From Phyllobates terribilis (lineage: Eukaryota), in assembly GCF_046119375.1 (NCBI RefSeq), contig NW_027362769.1:385950001-386014000 (forward strand): a stretch of 64,000 nt of DNA. Reading direction: 5' to 3'. Of this stretch, positions 24,101 to 39,100 are shown piece by piece. Position numbers and translations under genes: made by a program. The notes under the pieces are model-generated. The model did not search any database. It had not been told where the DNA came from and saw nothing but the letters and a program-made list of their open reading frames with translations. Positions within the stretch are counted from its first letter, which is position 1. Each line of letters starts with the position of its first letter.

Positions 24101-27100
24101 TACATAGGGGGCAGTATTATAGTAGTTATATTCTTGTACATAGGGAGCAGTATTATAGTAGTTATATTCTTATACATAGAGGGCAGTATTATAGTAGTTA
24201 TATTCTTGTACATAGGGAGCAGTATTATAGTAGTTATATTCTTGTACATAGGGAGCAGTATTATAGTAGTTATATTCTTGTATATAGGGGGCAGTATTAT
24301 AGTAGTTATATTCTTGTACATAGGGGCAGTATTATAGTATTTATATTCTTGTACATAGGAGCAGTATTATAGTAGTTATATTCTTGTACATAGGGAGCAG
24401 TATTATAGTAGTTATATTCTTGTACATAGGGGGCAGTATTATAGTAGCTATATTCTTGTACATAGGAGCAGTATTATAGTAGCTATATTCTTGTATATAG
24501 GGGCAGTATTATAGTAGTTATATTCTTGTACATAGGGGCAGTATTATAGTAGTTATATTCTTGTACATAGGAGCAGTATTATAGTAGTTATATTCTTGTA
24601 CATAGGGAGCAGTATTATAGTAGTTATATTCTTGTACATAGGGAGCAGTATTATAGTAGTTATATTCTTGTATATAGGGGGCAGTATTATAGTAGTTATA
24701 TTCTTGTACATAGGGGCAGTATTATAGTAGTTATATTCTTGTACATAGGAGCAGTATTATAGTAGTTATATTCTTGTACATAGGGAGCAGTATTATAGTA
24801 GTTATATTCTTGTACATAGGGGGCAGTATTATAGTAGCTATATTCTTGTACATAGGAGCAGTATTATAGTAGCTATCTTCTTGTATATAGGAGCAGTATT
24901 ATAGTAGTTATATTCTTGTACATAGGGGCAGTATTATAGCAGTTATATTCTTGTATATAGGAGCTGTATTATAGTGGTTATATTCTTGTACATAGGGAGC
25001 AGTATTATAGTAGTTATATTCTTGTACATAGGGAGCAGTATTATAGTAGTTATATTCTTGTACATAGGAGCAGTATTATAGTGGTTATATTCTTGTACAT
25101 AGGGAGCAGTATTATAGTAGTTATATTCTTGTACATAGGAGCAGTATTATAGTAGTTATATTCTTGTACATAGGGAGCAGTATTATAGTAGTTAAATTCT
25201 TGTACATAGGGGGCAGTATTATAGTAGTTATATTCCTGTACATAGGAGCAGTATTATAGTAGTTATATTCTTGTATATAGGGGCAGTATTATAGTAGTTA
25301 TATTCTTGTACATAGGGGCAGTATTATAGTAGTTATATTCTTGTACATAGGGGCAGTATTATAGTAGTTATATTCTTGTACATAGGGGGCAGTATTATAG
25401 TAGTTATATTCTTGTACATAAGGGGCAGTATTATAGTAGTTATATTCTTGTACATAGGAGCAGTATTATAGTAGTTATATTCTTGTACATAGGGGGCAGT
25501 ATTAAAGTAGTTATATTCTTGTACATAGGGAGCAGTATTATAGTAGTTATATTCTTGCATATAGGGAGCAGTATTATAGTAGTTATATTCTTGTACATAG
25601 GGGCAGTATTATAGTAGTCATATTCTTGTACATAGGAGCAGTATTATAGTAGTTATATTCTTGTACATAAGGGGCAGTATTATAGTAGTTATATTCTTGT
25701 ACATAGGAGCAGTATTATAGTAGTTATATTCTTGTACATAGGGGGCAGTATTAAAGTAGTTATATTCTTGTACATAGAGGGCAGTATTATAGTAGTTATA
25801 TTCTTGTATATAGGAGCAGTATTATAGTAGTTATATTCTTGTACATAGGGAGCAGTATTATAGTAGTTATATTCTTGTACATAGGGGCAGTATTATAGTA
25901 GTTATATTCTTGTACATAGGGAGCAGTATTATAGTAGTTATATTCTTGTACATAGGGGCAGTATTATAGTAGTTATATTCTTGTACATAGGGGGCAGTAT
26001 TATAGTAGTTATATTCTTGTACATAGGGAGCAGTATTATAGTAGTTATATTCTTATACATAGAGGGCAGTATTATAGTAGTTATATTCTTGTACAAAGGG
26101 AGCAGTATTATAGTAGTTATATTCTTGTACATAGGGAGCAGTATTATAGTAGTTATATTCTTGTATATAGGGGGCAGTATTATAGTAGTTATATTCTTGT
26201 ACATAGGGGCAGTATTATAGTATTTATATTCTTGTACATAGGAGCAGTATTATAGTAGTTATATTCTTGTACATAGGGAGCAGTATTATAGTAGTTATAT
26301 TCTTGTACATAGGGGGCAGTATTATAGTAGCTATATTCTTGTACATAGGAGCAGTATTATAGTAGCTATATTCTTGTATATAGGGGCAGTATTATAGTAG
26401 TTATATTCTTGTACATAGGGGTAGTATTATAGTAGTTATATTCTTGTATATAGGAGCAGTATTATAGTGGTTATATTCTTGTACATAGGGAGCAGTATTA
26501 TAGTAGTTATATTCTTGTACATAGGGAGCAGTATTATAGTAGTTATATTCTTGTACATAGGAGCAGTATTATAGTGGTTATATTCTTGTACATAGGGAGC
26601 AGTATTATAGTAGTTATATTCTTGTACATAGGGAGCAGTATTATAGTAGTTATATTCTTGTACATAGGAGCAGTATTATAGTGGTTATATTCTTGTACAT
26701 AGGGAGCAGTATTATAGTAGTTATATTCTTGTACATAGGAGCAGTATTATAGTAGTTATATTCTTGTACATAGGGAGCAGTATTATAGTAGTTAAATTCT
26801 TGTACATAGGGGGCAGTATTATAGTAGTTATATTCCTGTACATAGGAGCAGTATTATAGTAGTTATATTCTTGTATATAGGGGCAGTATTATAGTAGTTA
26901 TATTCTTGTACATAGGGGCAGTATTATAGTAGTTATATTCTTGTACATAGGGGCAGTATTATAGTAGTTATATTCTTGTACATAGGGGGCAGTATTATAG
27001 TAGTTATATTCTTGTACATAAGGGGCAGTATTATAGTAGTTATATTCTTGTACATAGGAGCAGTATTATAGTAGTTATATTCTTGTACATAGGGGGCAGT

Positions 27101-30100
27101 ATTAAAGTAGTTATATTCTTGTACATAGGGAGCAGTATTATAGTAGTTATATTCTTGCATATAGGGAGCAGTATTATAGTAGTTATATTCTTGTACATAG
27201 GGGCAGTATTATAGTAGTCATATTCTTGTACATAGGAGCAGTATTATAGTAGTTATATTCTTGTACATAAGGGGCAGTATTATAGTAGTTATATTCTTGT
27301 ACATAGGAGCAGTATTATAGTAGTTATATTCTTGTACATAGGGGGCAGTATTAAAGTAGTTATATTCTTGTACATAGAGGGCAGTATTATAGTAGTTATA
27401 TTCTTGTATATAGGAGCAGTATTATAGTAGTTATATTCTTGTACATAGGGAGCAGTATTATAGTAGTTATATTCTTGTACATAGGGGCAGTATTATAGTA
27501 GTTATATTCTTGTACATAGGGAGCAGTATTATAGTAGTTATATTCTTGTACATAGGGGCAGTATTATAGTAGTTATATTCTTGTACATAGGGGGCAGTAT
27601 TATAGTAGTTATATTCTTGTACATAGGGAGCAGTATTATAGTAGTTATATTCTTATACATAGAGGGCAGTATTATAGTAGTTATATTCTTGTACAAAGGG
27701 AGCAGTATTATAGTAGTTATATTCTTGTACATAGGGAGCAGTATTATAGTAGTTATATTCTTGTATATAGGGGGCAGTATTATAGTAGTTATATTCTTGT
27801 ACATAGGGGCAGTATTATAGTATTTATATTCTTGTACATAGGAGCAGTATTATAGTAGTTATATTCTTGTACATAGGGAGCAGTATTATAGTAGTTATAT
27901 TCTTGTACATAGGGGGCAGTATTATAGTAGCTATATTCTTGTACATAGGAGCAGTATTATAGTAGCTATATTCTTGTATATAGGGGCAGTATTATAGTAG
28001 TTATATTCTTGTACATAGGGGTAGTATTATAGTAGTTATATTCTTGTATATAGGAGCAGTATTATAGTGGTTATATTCTTGTACATAGGGAGCAGTATTA
28101 TAGTAGTTATATTCTTGTACATAGGGAGCAGTATTATAGTAGTTATATTCTTGTACATAGGAGCAGTATTATAGTGGTTATATTCTTGTACATAGGGAGC
28201 AGTATTATAGTAGTTATATTCTTGTACATAGGAGCAGTATTATAGTAGTTATATTCTTGTACATAGGGGCAGTATTATAGTAATTATATTCTTGTACATA
28301 GGGGGCAGTATTATAGTAGTTATATTCTTGTACATAGGGGCAGTATTATAGTAATATAAATTCTTGTATATAGGAGCAGTATTATAGTAGTTATATTCTT
28401 GTACATAGGGGCAGTATTATAGTAGTTATATTCTTGTACATAGGGAGCAGTATTATAGTAGTTAAATTCTTGTACATAGGGGGCAGTATTATAGTAGTTA
28501 TATTCCTGTACATAGGAGCAGTATTATAGTAGTTATATTCTTGTATATAGAGGCAGTATTATAGTAGTTATATTCTTGTACATAGGGGCAGTATTATAGT
28601 AGTTATATTCTTGTACATAGGGGCAGTATTATAGTAGTTATATTCTTGTACATAGGGGGCAGTATTATAGTAGTTATATTCTTGTACATAAGGGGCAGTA
28701 TTATAGTAGTTATATTCTTGTACATAGGAGCAGTATTATAGTAGTTATATTCTTGTACATAGGGGGCAGTATTAAAGTAGTTATATTCTTGTACATAGGG
28801 AGCAGTATTATAGTAGTTATATTCTTGCATATAGGGAGCAGTATTATAGTAGTTATATTCTTGTACATAGGGGCAGTATTATAGTAGTCATATTCTTGTA
28901 CATAGGAGCAGTATTATAGTAGTTATATTCTTGTACATAAGGGGCAGTATTATAGTAGTTATATTCTTGTACATAGGAGCAGTATTATAGTAGTTATATT
29001 CTTGTACATAGGGGGCAGTATTAAAGTAGTTATATTCTTGTAAATAGAGGGCAGTATTATAGTAGTTATATTCTTGTATATAGGAGCAGTATTATAGTAG
29101 TTATATTCTTGTACATAGGGAGCAGTATTATAGTAGTTATATTCTTGTACATAGGGGCAGTATTATAGTAGTTATATTCTTGTACATAGGGAGCAGTATT
29201 ATAGTAGTTATATTCTTGTACATAGGGGAAGTATTATAGTAGTTATATTCTTGTACATAGGGGGCAGTATTATAGTAGTTATATTCTTGTACATAGGGAG
29301 CAGTATTATAGTAGTTATATTCTTATACATAGAGGGCAGTATTATAGTAGTTATATTCTTGTACATAGGGAGCAGTATTATAGTAGTTATATTCTTGTAC
29401 ATAGGGAGCAGTATTATAGTAGTTATATTCTTGTATATAGGGGGCAGTATTATAGTAGTTATATTCTTGTACATAGGGGCAGTATTATAGTAGTTATATT
29501 CTTGTACATAGGAGCAGTATTATAGTAGTTATATTCTTGTACATAGGGAGCAGTATTAAAGTAGTTATATTCTTGTACATAGGGGGCAGTATTATAGTAG
29601 CTATATTCTTGTACATAGGAGCAGTATTATAGTAGCTATATTCTTGTATATAGGGGCAGTATTATAGTAGTTATATTCTTGTACATAGGGGCAGTATTAT
29701 AGTAGTTATATTCTTGTATATAGGAGCAGTATTATAGTGGTTATATTCTTGTACATAGGGAGCAGTATTATAGTAGTTATATTCTTGTACATAGGGAGCA
29801 GTATTATAGTAGTTATATTCTTGTACATAGGAGCAGTATTATAGTGGTTATATTCTTGTACATAGGGGCAGTATTATAGTAGTTATATTCTTGTACATAG
29901 GGGGCAGTATTAAAGTAGTTATATTCTTGTACATAGGGAGCAGTATTATAGTAGTTATATTCTTGCATATAGGGAGCAGTATTATAGTAGTTATGTTCTT
30001 GTACATAGGGGCAGTATTATAGTAGTTATATTCTTGTACATAGGAGCAGTATTATAGTAGTTATATTCTTCTACATAAGGGGCAGTATTATAGTAGTTAT

Positions 30101-33100
30101 ATTCTTGTACATAGGAGCAGCATTATAGTAGTTATATTCTTGTACATAGGGGGCAGTATTAAAGTAGTTATATTCTTGTACATAGGGAGCAGTATTATAG
30201 TAGTTATATTCTTGCGTATAGGGAGCAGTATTATAGTAGTTATATTCTTGTACATAGGGGCAGTATTATAGTAGTTATATTCTTGTACATAGGGGCAGTA
30301 TTATAGTAGTTATATTCTTATACATAGGGGGCAGTATTATAGTAGTTATATTCTTGTACATAGGAGCAGTATTATAGTAGTTATATTCTTGTACATAGGG
30401 GCAGTATTATAGTAGTTATATTCTTGTACATAGGAGCAGTATTATAGTAGCTATATTCTTGTACATACGGGCAGTATTATAGTAGTTATATTCTTGTACA
30501 TAGGAGCAGTATTATAGTAGTTATATTCTTGCACATAGGGGGCAGTATTATAGTAGTTATATTCTTGTACATAGGGGCAGTATTATAGTAGTTATATTCT
30601 TGTACATAGGGGCAGTATTATAGTAGTTATATTCTAGTACATACGGGCAGTATTATAGTAGTTATATTCTTGTACATAGGAGCAGTATTATAGTAGTTAT
30701 ATTCTTGTACATAGGAGCAGTATTATAGTAGTTATATTCTTGTACATACGGGCAGTATTATAGTAGTTATATTCTTGTACATAGCTGCAGTATTATAGTA
30801 GTTATAGTCTAGTACATACGGGCAGTATTATAGTAGTTATATTCTTGTACATAGGGGGCAGTATTATAGTAGTTATATTCTTGTACATAGGGGCAGTATT
30901 ATAGTAGTTATATTCTTGTACATACGGGCAGTATTATAGTAGTTATATACTAGTACATACGGGCAGTATTATAGTAATTATATTCTTGTACATACGGGCA
31001 GTATTATAGTAGTTATATTCTTGCACATAGGGGGCAGTATTATAGTAGTTATATTCTTGTACATAGGGGCAGTATTATAGTAGTTATATTCTTGCACGTA
31101 GGAGCAGTATTATAGTAGTTATATTCTTGTACATAAGAGCAGTATTATAGTAGTTATATTCTTGTACATAGGGGCAGTATTATAGTAGTTATATTCTTGT
31201 ACATAGGGGCAGTATTATAGTAGTTATATTCTAGTACATACGGGCAGTATTATAGTAGTTATATTCTTGTATATAAGAGCGGTATTACAGTAGTTATATT
31301 CTGTACATAGGGGGCAGTATTATAGTAGTTATATTCTTGAACATAGGAGCAGAATTATAGTAGTTATATTCTTGTATATAGGAGCAGTATTATAGTAGTT
31401 ATATTCTTGTATATAGGAGCGGTATTACAGTAATTATATTCTTGTACATAGGGGCAGTATTATAGTAGTTATATTCTTGTACATAGGGGTAGTATTATAG
31501 TAGTTATATTCTTGTACATAGGGGCAGTATTATAGTAGTTATATTCTTGTACATAGGAGCAGTATTATAGTAGTTATATTCTTGTACATACGGGCAGTAT
31601 TATAGTAGTTATATTCTTGTACATAGGGGCAGTATTATAGTAGTTATATTCTTGTACATAGGGGGCAGTATTATAGTAGTTATATTCTTGTATATAGGGG
31701 CGGTATTACAGTAGTTATATTCTTGTACATAGGAGCAGTATTTAGTAGTTATATTCTTGTACATAGGAGCAGTATTATAGTAGTTATTTTCTTGTATATA
31801 GGAGCAGTATTATAGTAGTTATATTCTTGTATATAGGAGCGGTATTACAGTAGTTATATTCTTGTACATAGGGGCAGTATTATAGTAGTTATATTCTTGT
31901 ATATAGGAGCAGTATTATAGTAGTTATATTCTTTTATATAGGAGCAGTATTATAGTAGTTATATTCTTGTATATAGGAGCGGTATTACAGTAGATATATT
32001 CTTGTACATAGGGGCAGTATTATAGTAGTTATATTCTTGTACATAGGGGCAGTATTATAGTAGTTATATTCTTGTACATAGGGGGCAGTATTATAGTAGT
32101 TATATTCTTGTATATAGGAGCAGTATTATAGTAGTTATATTCTTGTACATAGGAGCAGTATTATAGTAGTTATATTCTTGTATATAGGAGCGGTATTACA
32201 GTAGTTATATTCTTGTACATAGGAGCAGTATTACAGTAGTTATATTCTTGTATATAGGAGCAGTATTACAGTAGTTATATTCTTGTACATAGGGGCAGTA
32301 TTATAGTAGTTATACTCTTGTACATAGGAGCAGTATTATAGTAGTTATATTCTTGTACATAGGGACAGTATTATAGTAGTTATATTCTTGTACATAGGGG
32401 CAATATTATAGTAGTTATATTCTTGTACATAGGGGCAGAATTATAGTAGTTATACTCTTGTACATAGGAGCAGTATTATAGTAGTTATATTCTTGTACAT
32501 AGGGGCAGTATTCTATTAGTTATATTCTTGTACATAGGGACTGTATTATAGTAGTTATATTCTTGTACATAGGGGCAGTATTATAGTAGTCATAATCTTA
32601 TATATAGGGGGCAGTATTATAGTAGTTATATGCTTGGACATGGGGCAGTATTATAGAAGTTATATTCTTGTACATAGGAGCAGTATTATAGTAGTTATAT
32701 TCTTATACATAGGGTGCAGTATTATAGTAATTATATTCTTGTACATAGGGGCAGTATTATAGTAGTTATATTCTTGTACATAGGGGCAGTATTATAGAAG
32801 TTATATTCTTGTACATAGGAGCAGTATTATAGTAGTTATATTCTTGTATATAGGGGGCAGTATTATAGTAGTTATATTCTTGTACATAGGGAGTAGTATT
32901 ATAGTAGTTATATTCTTGTACATAGGGGCAGTATTATAGTAGCTATATTCTTGTACATAGGGAGCAGTATTATAGTAGATATATTCTTGTACATAGGGGG
33001 CAGTATTATAGTAGTTATATTCTTGTACATAGGGGCAGTATTATAATAGTTATATTCTTGTACACAGGAACAGTATTATAATAGTTATATTCTTGTACAT

Positions 33101-36100
33101 AGGGGGCAGTATTATAGAAGTTATATTCTTGTACATAGAGGGCAGTATTATAGTAGTTATATTCTTGTACATAGGGGCAGTATTATAGTAGTTATATTCT
33201 TGTACATAGGGGGCTGTATTATAGTAGTTATATTCTTGTACATAGGAGCAGTATTATAGTAGTTATATTCCTGTACATAGGGGCAGTATTATAGTAGTTA
33301 TATTCTAGTACATACGGGCAGTATTATAGTAGTTATATTCTTGTACATAGGAGCAGTATTATAGTAGTTATATTCTTGTACATAGGAGCAGTATTATAGT
33401 AGTTATATTCTTGTACATACGGGCAGTATTATAGTAGTTATATTCTTGTACATAGCTGCAGTATTATAGTAGTTATAGTCTAGTACATACGGGCAGTATT
33501 ATAGTAGTTATATTCTTGTACATAGGGGGCAGTATTATAGTAGTTATATTCTTGTACATAGGGGCAGTATTATAGTAGTTATATTCTTGTACATACGGGC
33601 AGTATTATAGTAGTTATATACTAGTACATACGGGCAGTATTATAGTAATTATATTCTTGTACATACGGGCAGTATTATAGTAGTTATATTCTTGCACATA
33701 GGGGGCAGTATTATAGTAGTTATATTCTTGTACATAGGGGCAGTATTATAGTAGTTATATTCTTGCACGTAGGAGCAGTATTATAGTAGTTATATTCTTG
33801 TACATAAGAGCAGTATTATAGTAGTTATATTCTTGTACATAGGGGCAGTATTATAGTAGTTATATTCTTGTACATAGGGGCAGTATTATAGTAGTTATAT
33901 TCTAGTACATACGGGCAGTATTATAGTAGTTATATTCTTGTATATAAGAGCGGTATTACAGTAGTTATATTCTGTACATAGGGGGCAGTATTATAGTAGT
34001 TATATTCTTGAACATAGGAGCAGAATTATAGTAGTTATATTCTTGTATATAGGAGCAGTATTATAGTAGTTATATTCTTGTATATAGGAGCGGTATTACA
34101 GTAAATATATTCTTGTACATAGGGGCAGTATTATAGTAGTTATATTCTTGTACATAGGGGCAGTATTATAGTAGTTATATTCTTGTACATAGGGGCAGTA
34201 TTATAGTAGTTATATTCTTGTACATAGGAGCAGTATTATAGTAGTTATATTCTTGTACATACGGGCAGTATTATAGTAGTTATATTCTTGTACATAGGGG
34301 CAGTATTATAGTAGTTATATTCTTGTACATAGGGGGCAGTATTATAGTAGTTATATTCTTGTATATAGGGGCGGTATTACAGTAGTTATATTCTTGTACA
34401 TAGGAGCAGTATTTAGTAGTTATATTCTTGTACATAGGAGCAGTATTATAGTAGTTATTTTCTTGTATATAGGAGCAGTATTATAGTAGTTATATTCTTG
34501 TATATAGGAGCGGTATTACAGTAGTTATATTCTTGTACATAGGGGCAGTATTATAGTAGTTATATTCTTGTACATAGGTGCAGTATTATAGTAGTTATAT
34601 TCTTGTATATAGGAGCAGTATTATAGTAGTTATATTCTTGTATATAGGAGCAGTATTATAGTAGTTATATTCTTGTATATAGGAGCGGTATTACAGTAGA
34701 TATATTCTTGTACATAGGGGCAGTATTATAGTAGTTATATTCTTGTACATAGGGGCAGTATTATAGTAGTTATATTCTTGTACATAGGGGGCAGTATTAT
34801 AGTAGTTATATTCTTGTATATAGGAGCAGTATTATAGTAGTTATATTCTTGTACATAGGAGCAGTATTATAGTAGTTATATTCTTGTATATAGGAGCGGT
34901 ATTACAGTAGTTATATTCTTGTACATAGGAGCAGTATTACAGTAGTTATATTCTTGTATATAGGAGCAGTATTACAGTAGTTATATTCTTGTACATAGGG
35001 GCAGTATTATAGTAGTTATACTCTTGTACATAGGGGCAGTATTATAGTAGTTATACTCTTGTACATAGGAGCAGTATTATAGTAGTTATATTCTTGTACA
35101 TAGGGACAGTATTATAGTAGTTATATTCTTGTACATAGGGGCAATATTATAGTAGTTATATTCTTGTACATAGGGGCAGAATTATAGTAGTTATACTCTT
35201 GTACATAGGAGCAGTATTATAGTAGTTATATTCTTGTACATAGGGGCAGTATTCTATTAGTTATATTCTTGTACATAGGGACTGTATTATAGTAGTTATA
35301 TTCTTGTACATAGGGGCAGTATTATAGTAGTCATAATCTTATATATAGGGGGCAGTATTATAGTAGTTATATGCTTGGACATGGGGCAGTATTATAGAAG
35401 TTATATTCTTGTACATAGGAGCAGTATTATAGTAGTTATATTCTTATACATAGGGTGCAGTATTATAGTAATTATATTCTTGTACATAGGGGCAGTATTA
35501 TAGTAGTTATATTCTTGTACATAGGGGCAGTATTATAGAAGTTATATTCTTGTACATAGGAGCAGTATTATAGTAGTTATATTCTTGTATATAGGGGGCA
35601 GTATTATAGTAGTTATATTCTTGTACATAGGGAGTAGTATTATAGTAGTTATATTCTTGTACATAGGGGCAGTATTATAGTAGCTATATTCTTGTACATA
35701 GGGAGCAGTATTATAGTAGATATATTCTTGTACATAGGGGGCAGTATTATAGTAGTTATATTCTTGTACATAGGGGCAGTATTATAATAGTTATATTCTT
35801 GTACACAGGAACAGTATTATAATAGTTATATTCTTGTACATAGGGGGCAGTATTATAGAAGTTATATTCTTGTACATAGAGGGCAGTATTATAGTAGTTA
35901 TATTCTTGTACATAGGGGCAGTATTATAGTAGTTATATTCTTGTACATAGGGGGCTGTATTATAGTAGTTATATTCTTGTACATAGGAGCAGTATTATAG
36001 TAGTTATATTCTTGTACATAGGGGCAGTATTATAGTAGTTATATTCTTGTACATAGGGGGCAGTATTATAGTAGTTATATTCTTTTACATAGGGGCAGTA

Positions 36101-39100
36101 TTATAGTAGTTATATTCTTGTACATAGGGGGCTGTATTATAGTAGTTATATTCTTGTACATAGGAGCAGTATTATAGTAGTTATATTCTTGTACATAGGG
36201 GCAGTATTATAGTAGTTATATTCTTGTACATAGGAGCAGTATTATAGTAGTTATATTCTTGTACATAGGAGCAGTATTATAGTAGTTATATTCTTGTACA
36301 TAGGGGCAGTATTATAGTAGTTATATTCTTGTACATAGGAGCAGTATTATAGTAGTTATATTCTTGTACATAGGGAGCAGTATTATAGTAGTTATATTCT
36401 TGTACATAGGGGCAGTATTATAGTAGTCATATTCTTGTACATAGGAGCAGTATTATAGTAGTTATATTCTTGTACATAAGGGGCAGTATTATAGTAGTTA
36501 TATTCTTGTACATAGGAGCAGTATTATAGTAGTTATATTCTTGTACATAGGGGGCAGTATTAAAGTAGTTATATTCTTGTACATAGAGGGCAGTATTATA
36601 GTAGTTATATTCTTGTATATAGGAGCAGTATTATAGTAGTTATATTCTTGTACATAGGGAGCAGTATTATAGTAGTTATATTCTTGTACATAGGGGCAGT
36701 ATTATAGTAGTTATATTCTTGTACATAGGGAGCAGTATTATAGTAGTTATATTCTTGTACATAGGGGCAGTATTATAGTAGTTATATTCTTGTACATAGG
36801 GGGCAGTATTATAGTAGTTATATTCTTGTACATAGGGAGCAGTATTATAGTAGTTATATTCTTATACATAGAGGGCAGTATTATAGTAGTTATATTCTTG
36901 TACATAGGGAGCAGTATTATAGTAGTTATATTCTTGTACATAGGGAGCAGTATTATAGTAGTTATATTCTTGTATATAGGGGGCAGTATTATAGTAGTTA
37001 TATTCTTGTACATAGGGGCAGTATTATAGTATTTATATTCTTGTACATAGGAGCAGTATTATAGTAGTTATATTCTTGTACATAGGGAGCAGTATTATAG
37101 TAGTTATATTCTTGTACATAGGGGGCAGTATTATAGTAGCTATATTCTTGTACATAGGAGCAGTATTATAGTAGCTATATTCTTGTATATAGGGGCAGTA
37201 TTATAGTAGTTATATTCTTGTACATAGGGGCAGTATTATAGTAGTTATATTCTTGTATATAGGAGCAGTATTATAGTGGTTATATTCTTGTACATAGGGA
37301 GCAGTATTATAGTAGTTATATTCTTGTACATAGGGAGCAGTATTATAGTAGTTATATTCTTGTACATAGGGGCAGTATTATAGTAATTATATTCTTGTAC
37401 ATAGGGGGCAGTATTATAGTAGTTATATTCTTGTACATGGGGGCAGTATTATAGTAATATAAATTCTTGTATATAGGAGCAGTATTATAGTAGTTATATT
37501 CTTGTACATAGGGGCAGTATTATAGTAGTTATATTCTTGTACATAGGGAGCAGTATTATAGTAGTTAAATTCTTGTACATAGGGGGCAGTATTATAGTAG
37601 TTATATTCCTGTACATAGGAGCAGTATTATAGTAGTTATATTCTTGTATATAGAGGCAGTATTATAGTAGTTATATTCTTGTACATAGGGGCAGTATTAT
37701 AGTAGTTATATTCTTGTACATAGGGGCAGTATTATAGTAGTTATATTCTTGTACATAGGGGGCAGTATTATAGTAGTTATATTCTTGTACATAAGGGGCA
37801 GTATTATAGTAGTTATATTCTTGTACATAGGAGCAGTATTATAGTAGTTATATTCTTGTACATAGGGGGCAGTATTAAAGTAGTTATATTCTTGTACATA
37901 GGGAGCAGTATTATAGTAGTTATATTCTTGCATATAGGGAGTAGTATTATAGTAGTTATATTCTTGTACATAGGGGCAGTATTATAGTAGTCATATTCTT
38001 GTACATAGGAGCAGTATTATAGTAGTTATATTCTTGTACATAAGGGGCAGTATTATAGTAGTTATATTCTTGTACATAGGAGCAGTATTATAGTAGTTAT
38101 ATTCTTGTACATAGGGGGCAGTATTAAAGTAGTTATATTCTTGTAAATAGAGGGCAGTATTATAGTAGTTATATTCTTGTATATAGGAGCAGTATTATAG
38201 TAGTTATATTCTTGTACATAGGGAGCAGTATTATAGTAGTTATATTCTTGTACATAGGGGCAGTATTATAGTAGTTATATTCTTGTACATAGGGAGCAGT
38301 ATTATAGTAGTTATATTCTTGTACATAGGGGCAGTATTATAGTAGTTATATTCTTGTACATAGGGGGCAGTATTATAGTAGTTATATTCTTGTACATAGG
38401 GAGCAGTATTATAGTAGTTATATTCTTATACATAGAGGGCAGTATTATAGTAGTTATATTCTTGTACATAGGGAGCAGTATTATAGTAGTTATATTCTTG
38501 TACATAGGGAGCAGTATTATAGTAGTTATATTCTTGTATATAGGGGGCAGTATTATAGTAGTTATATTCTTGTACATAGGGGCAGTATTATAGTAGTTAT
38601 ATTCTTGTACATAGGAGCAGTATTATAGTAGTTATATTCTTGTACATAGGGAGCAGTATTATAGTAGTTATATTCTTGTACATAGGGGGCAGTATTATAG
38701 TAGCTATATTCTTGTACATAGGAGCAGTATTATAGTAGCTATATTCTTGTATATAGGGGCAGTATTATAGTAGTTATATTCTTGTACATAGGGGCAGTAT
38801 TATAGTAGTTATATTCTTGTATATAGGAGCAGTATTATAGTGGTTATATTCTTGTACATAGGGAGCAGTATTATAGTAGTTATATTCTTGTACATAGGGA
38901 GCAGTATTATAGTAGTTATATTCTTGTACATAGGAGCAGTATTATAGTGGTTATATTCTTGTACATAGGGGCAGTATTATAGTAGTTATATTCTTGTACA
39001 TAGGGGGCAGTATTAAAGTAGTTATATTCTTGTACATAGGGAGCAGTATTATAGTAGTTATATTCTTGCATATAGGGAGCAGTATTATAGTAGTTATATT

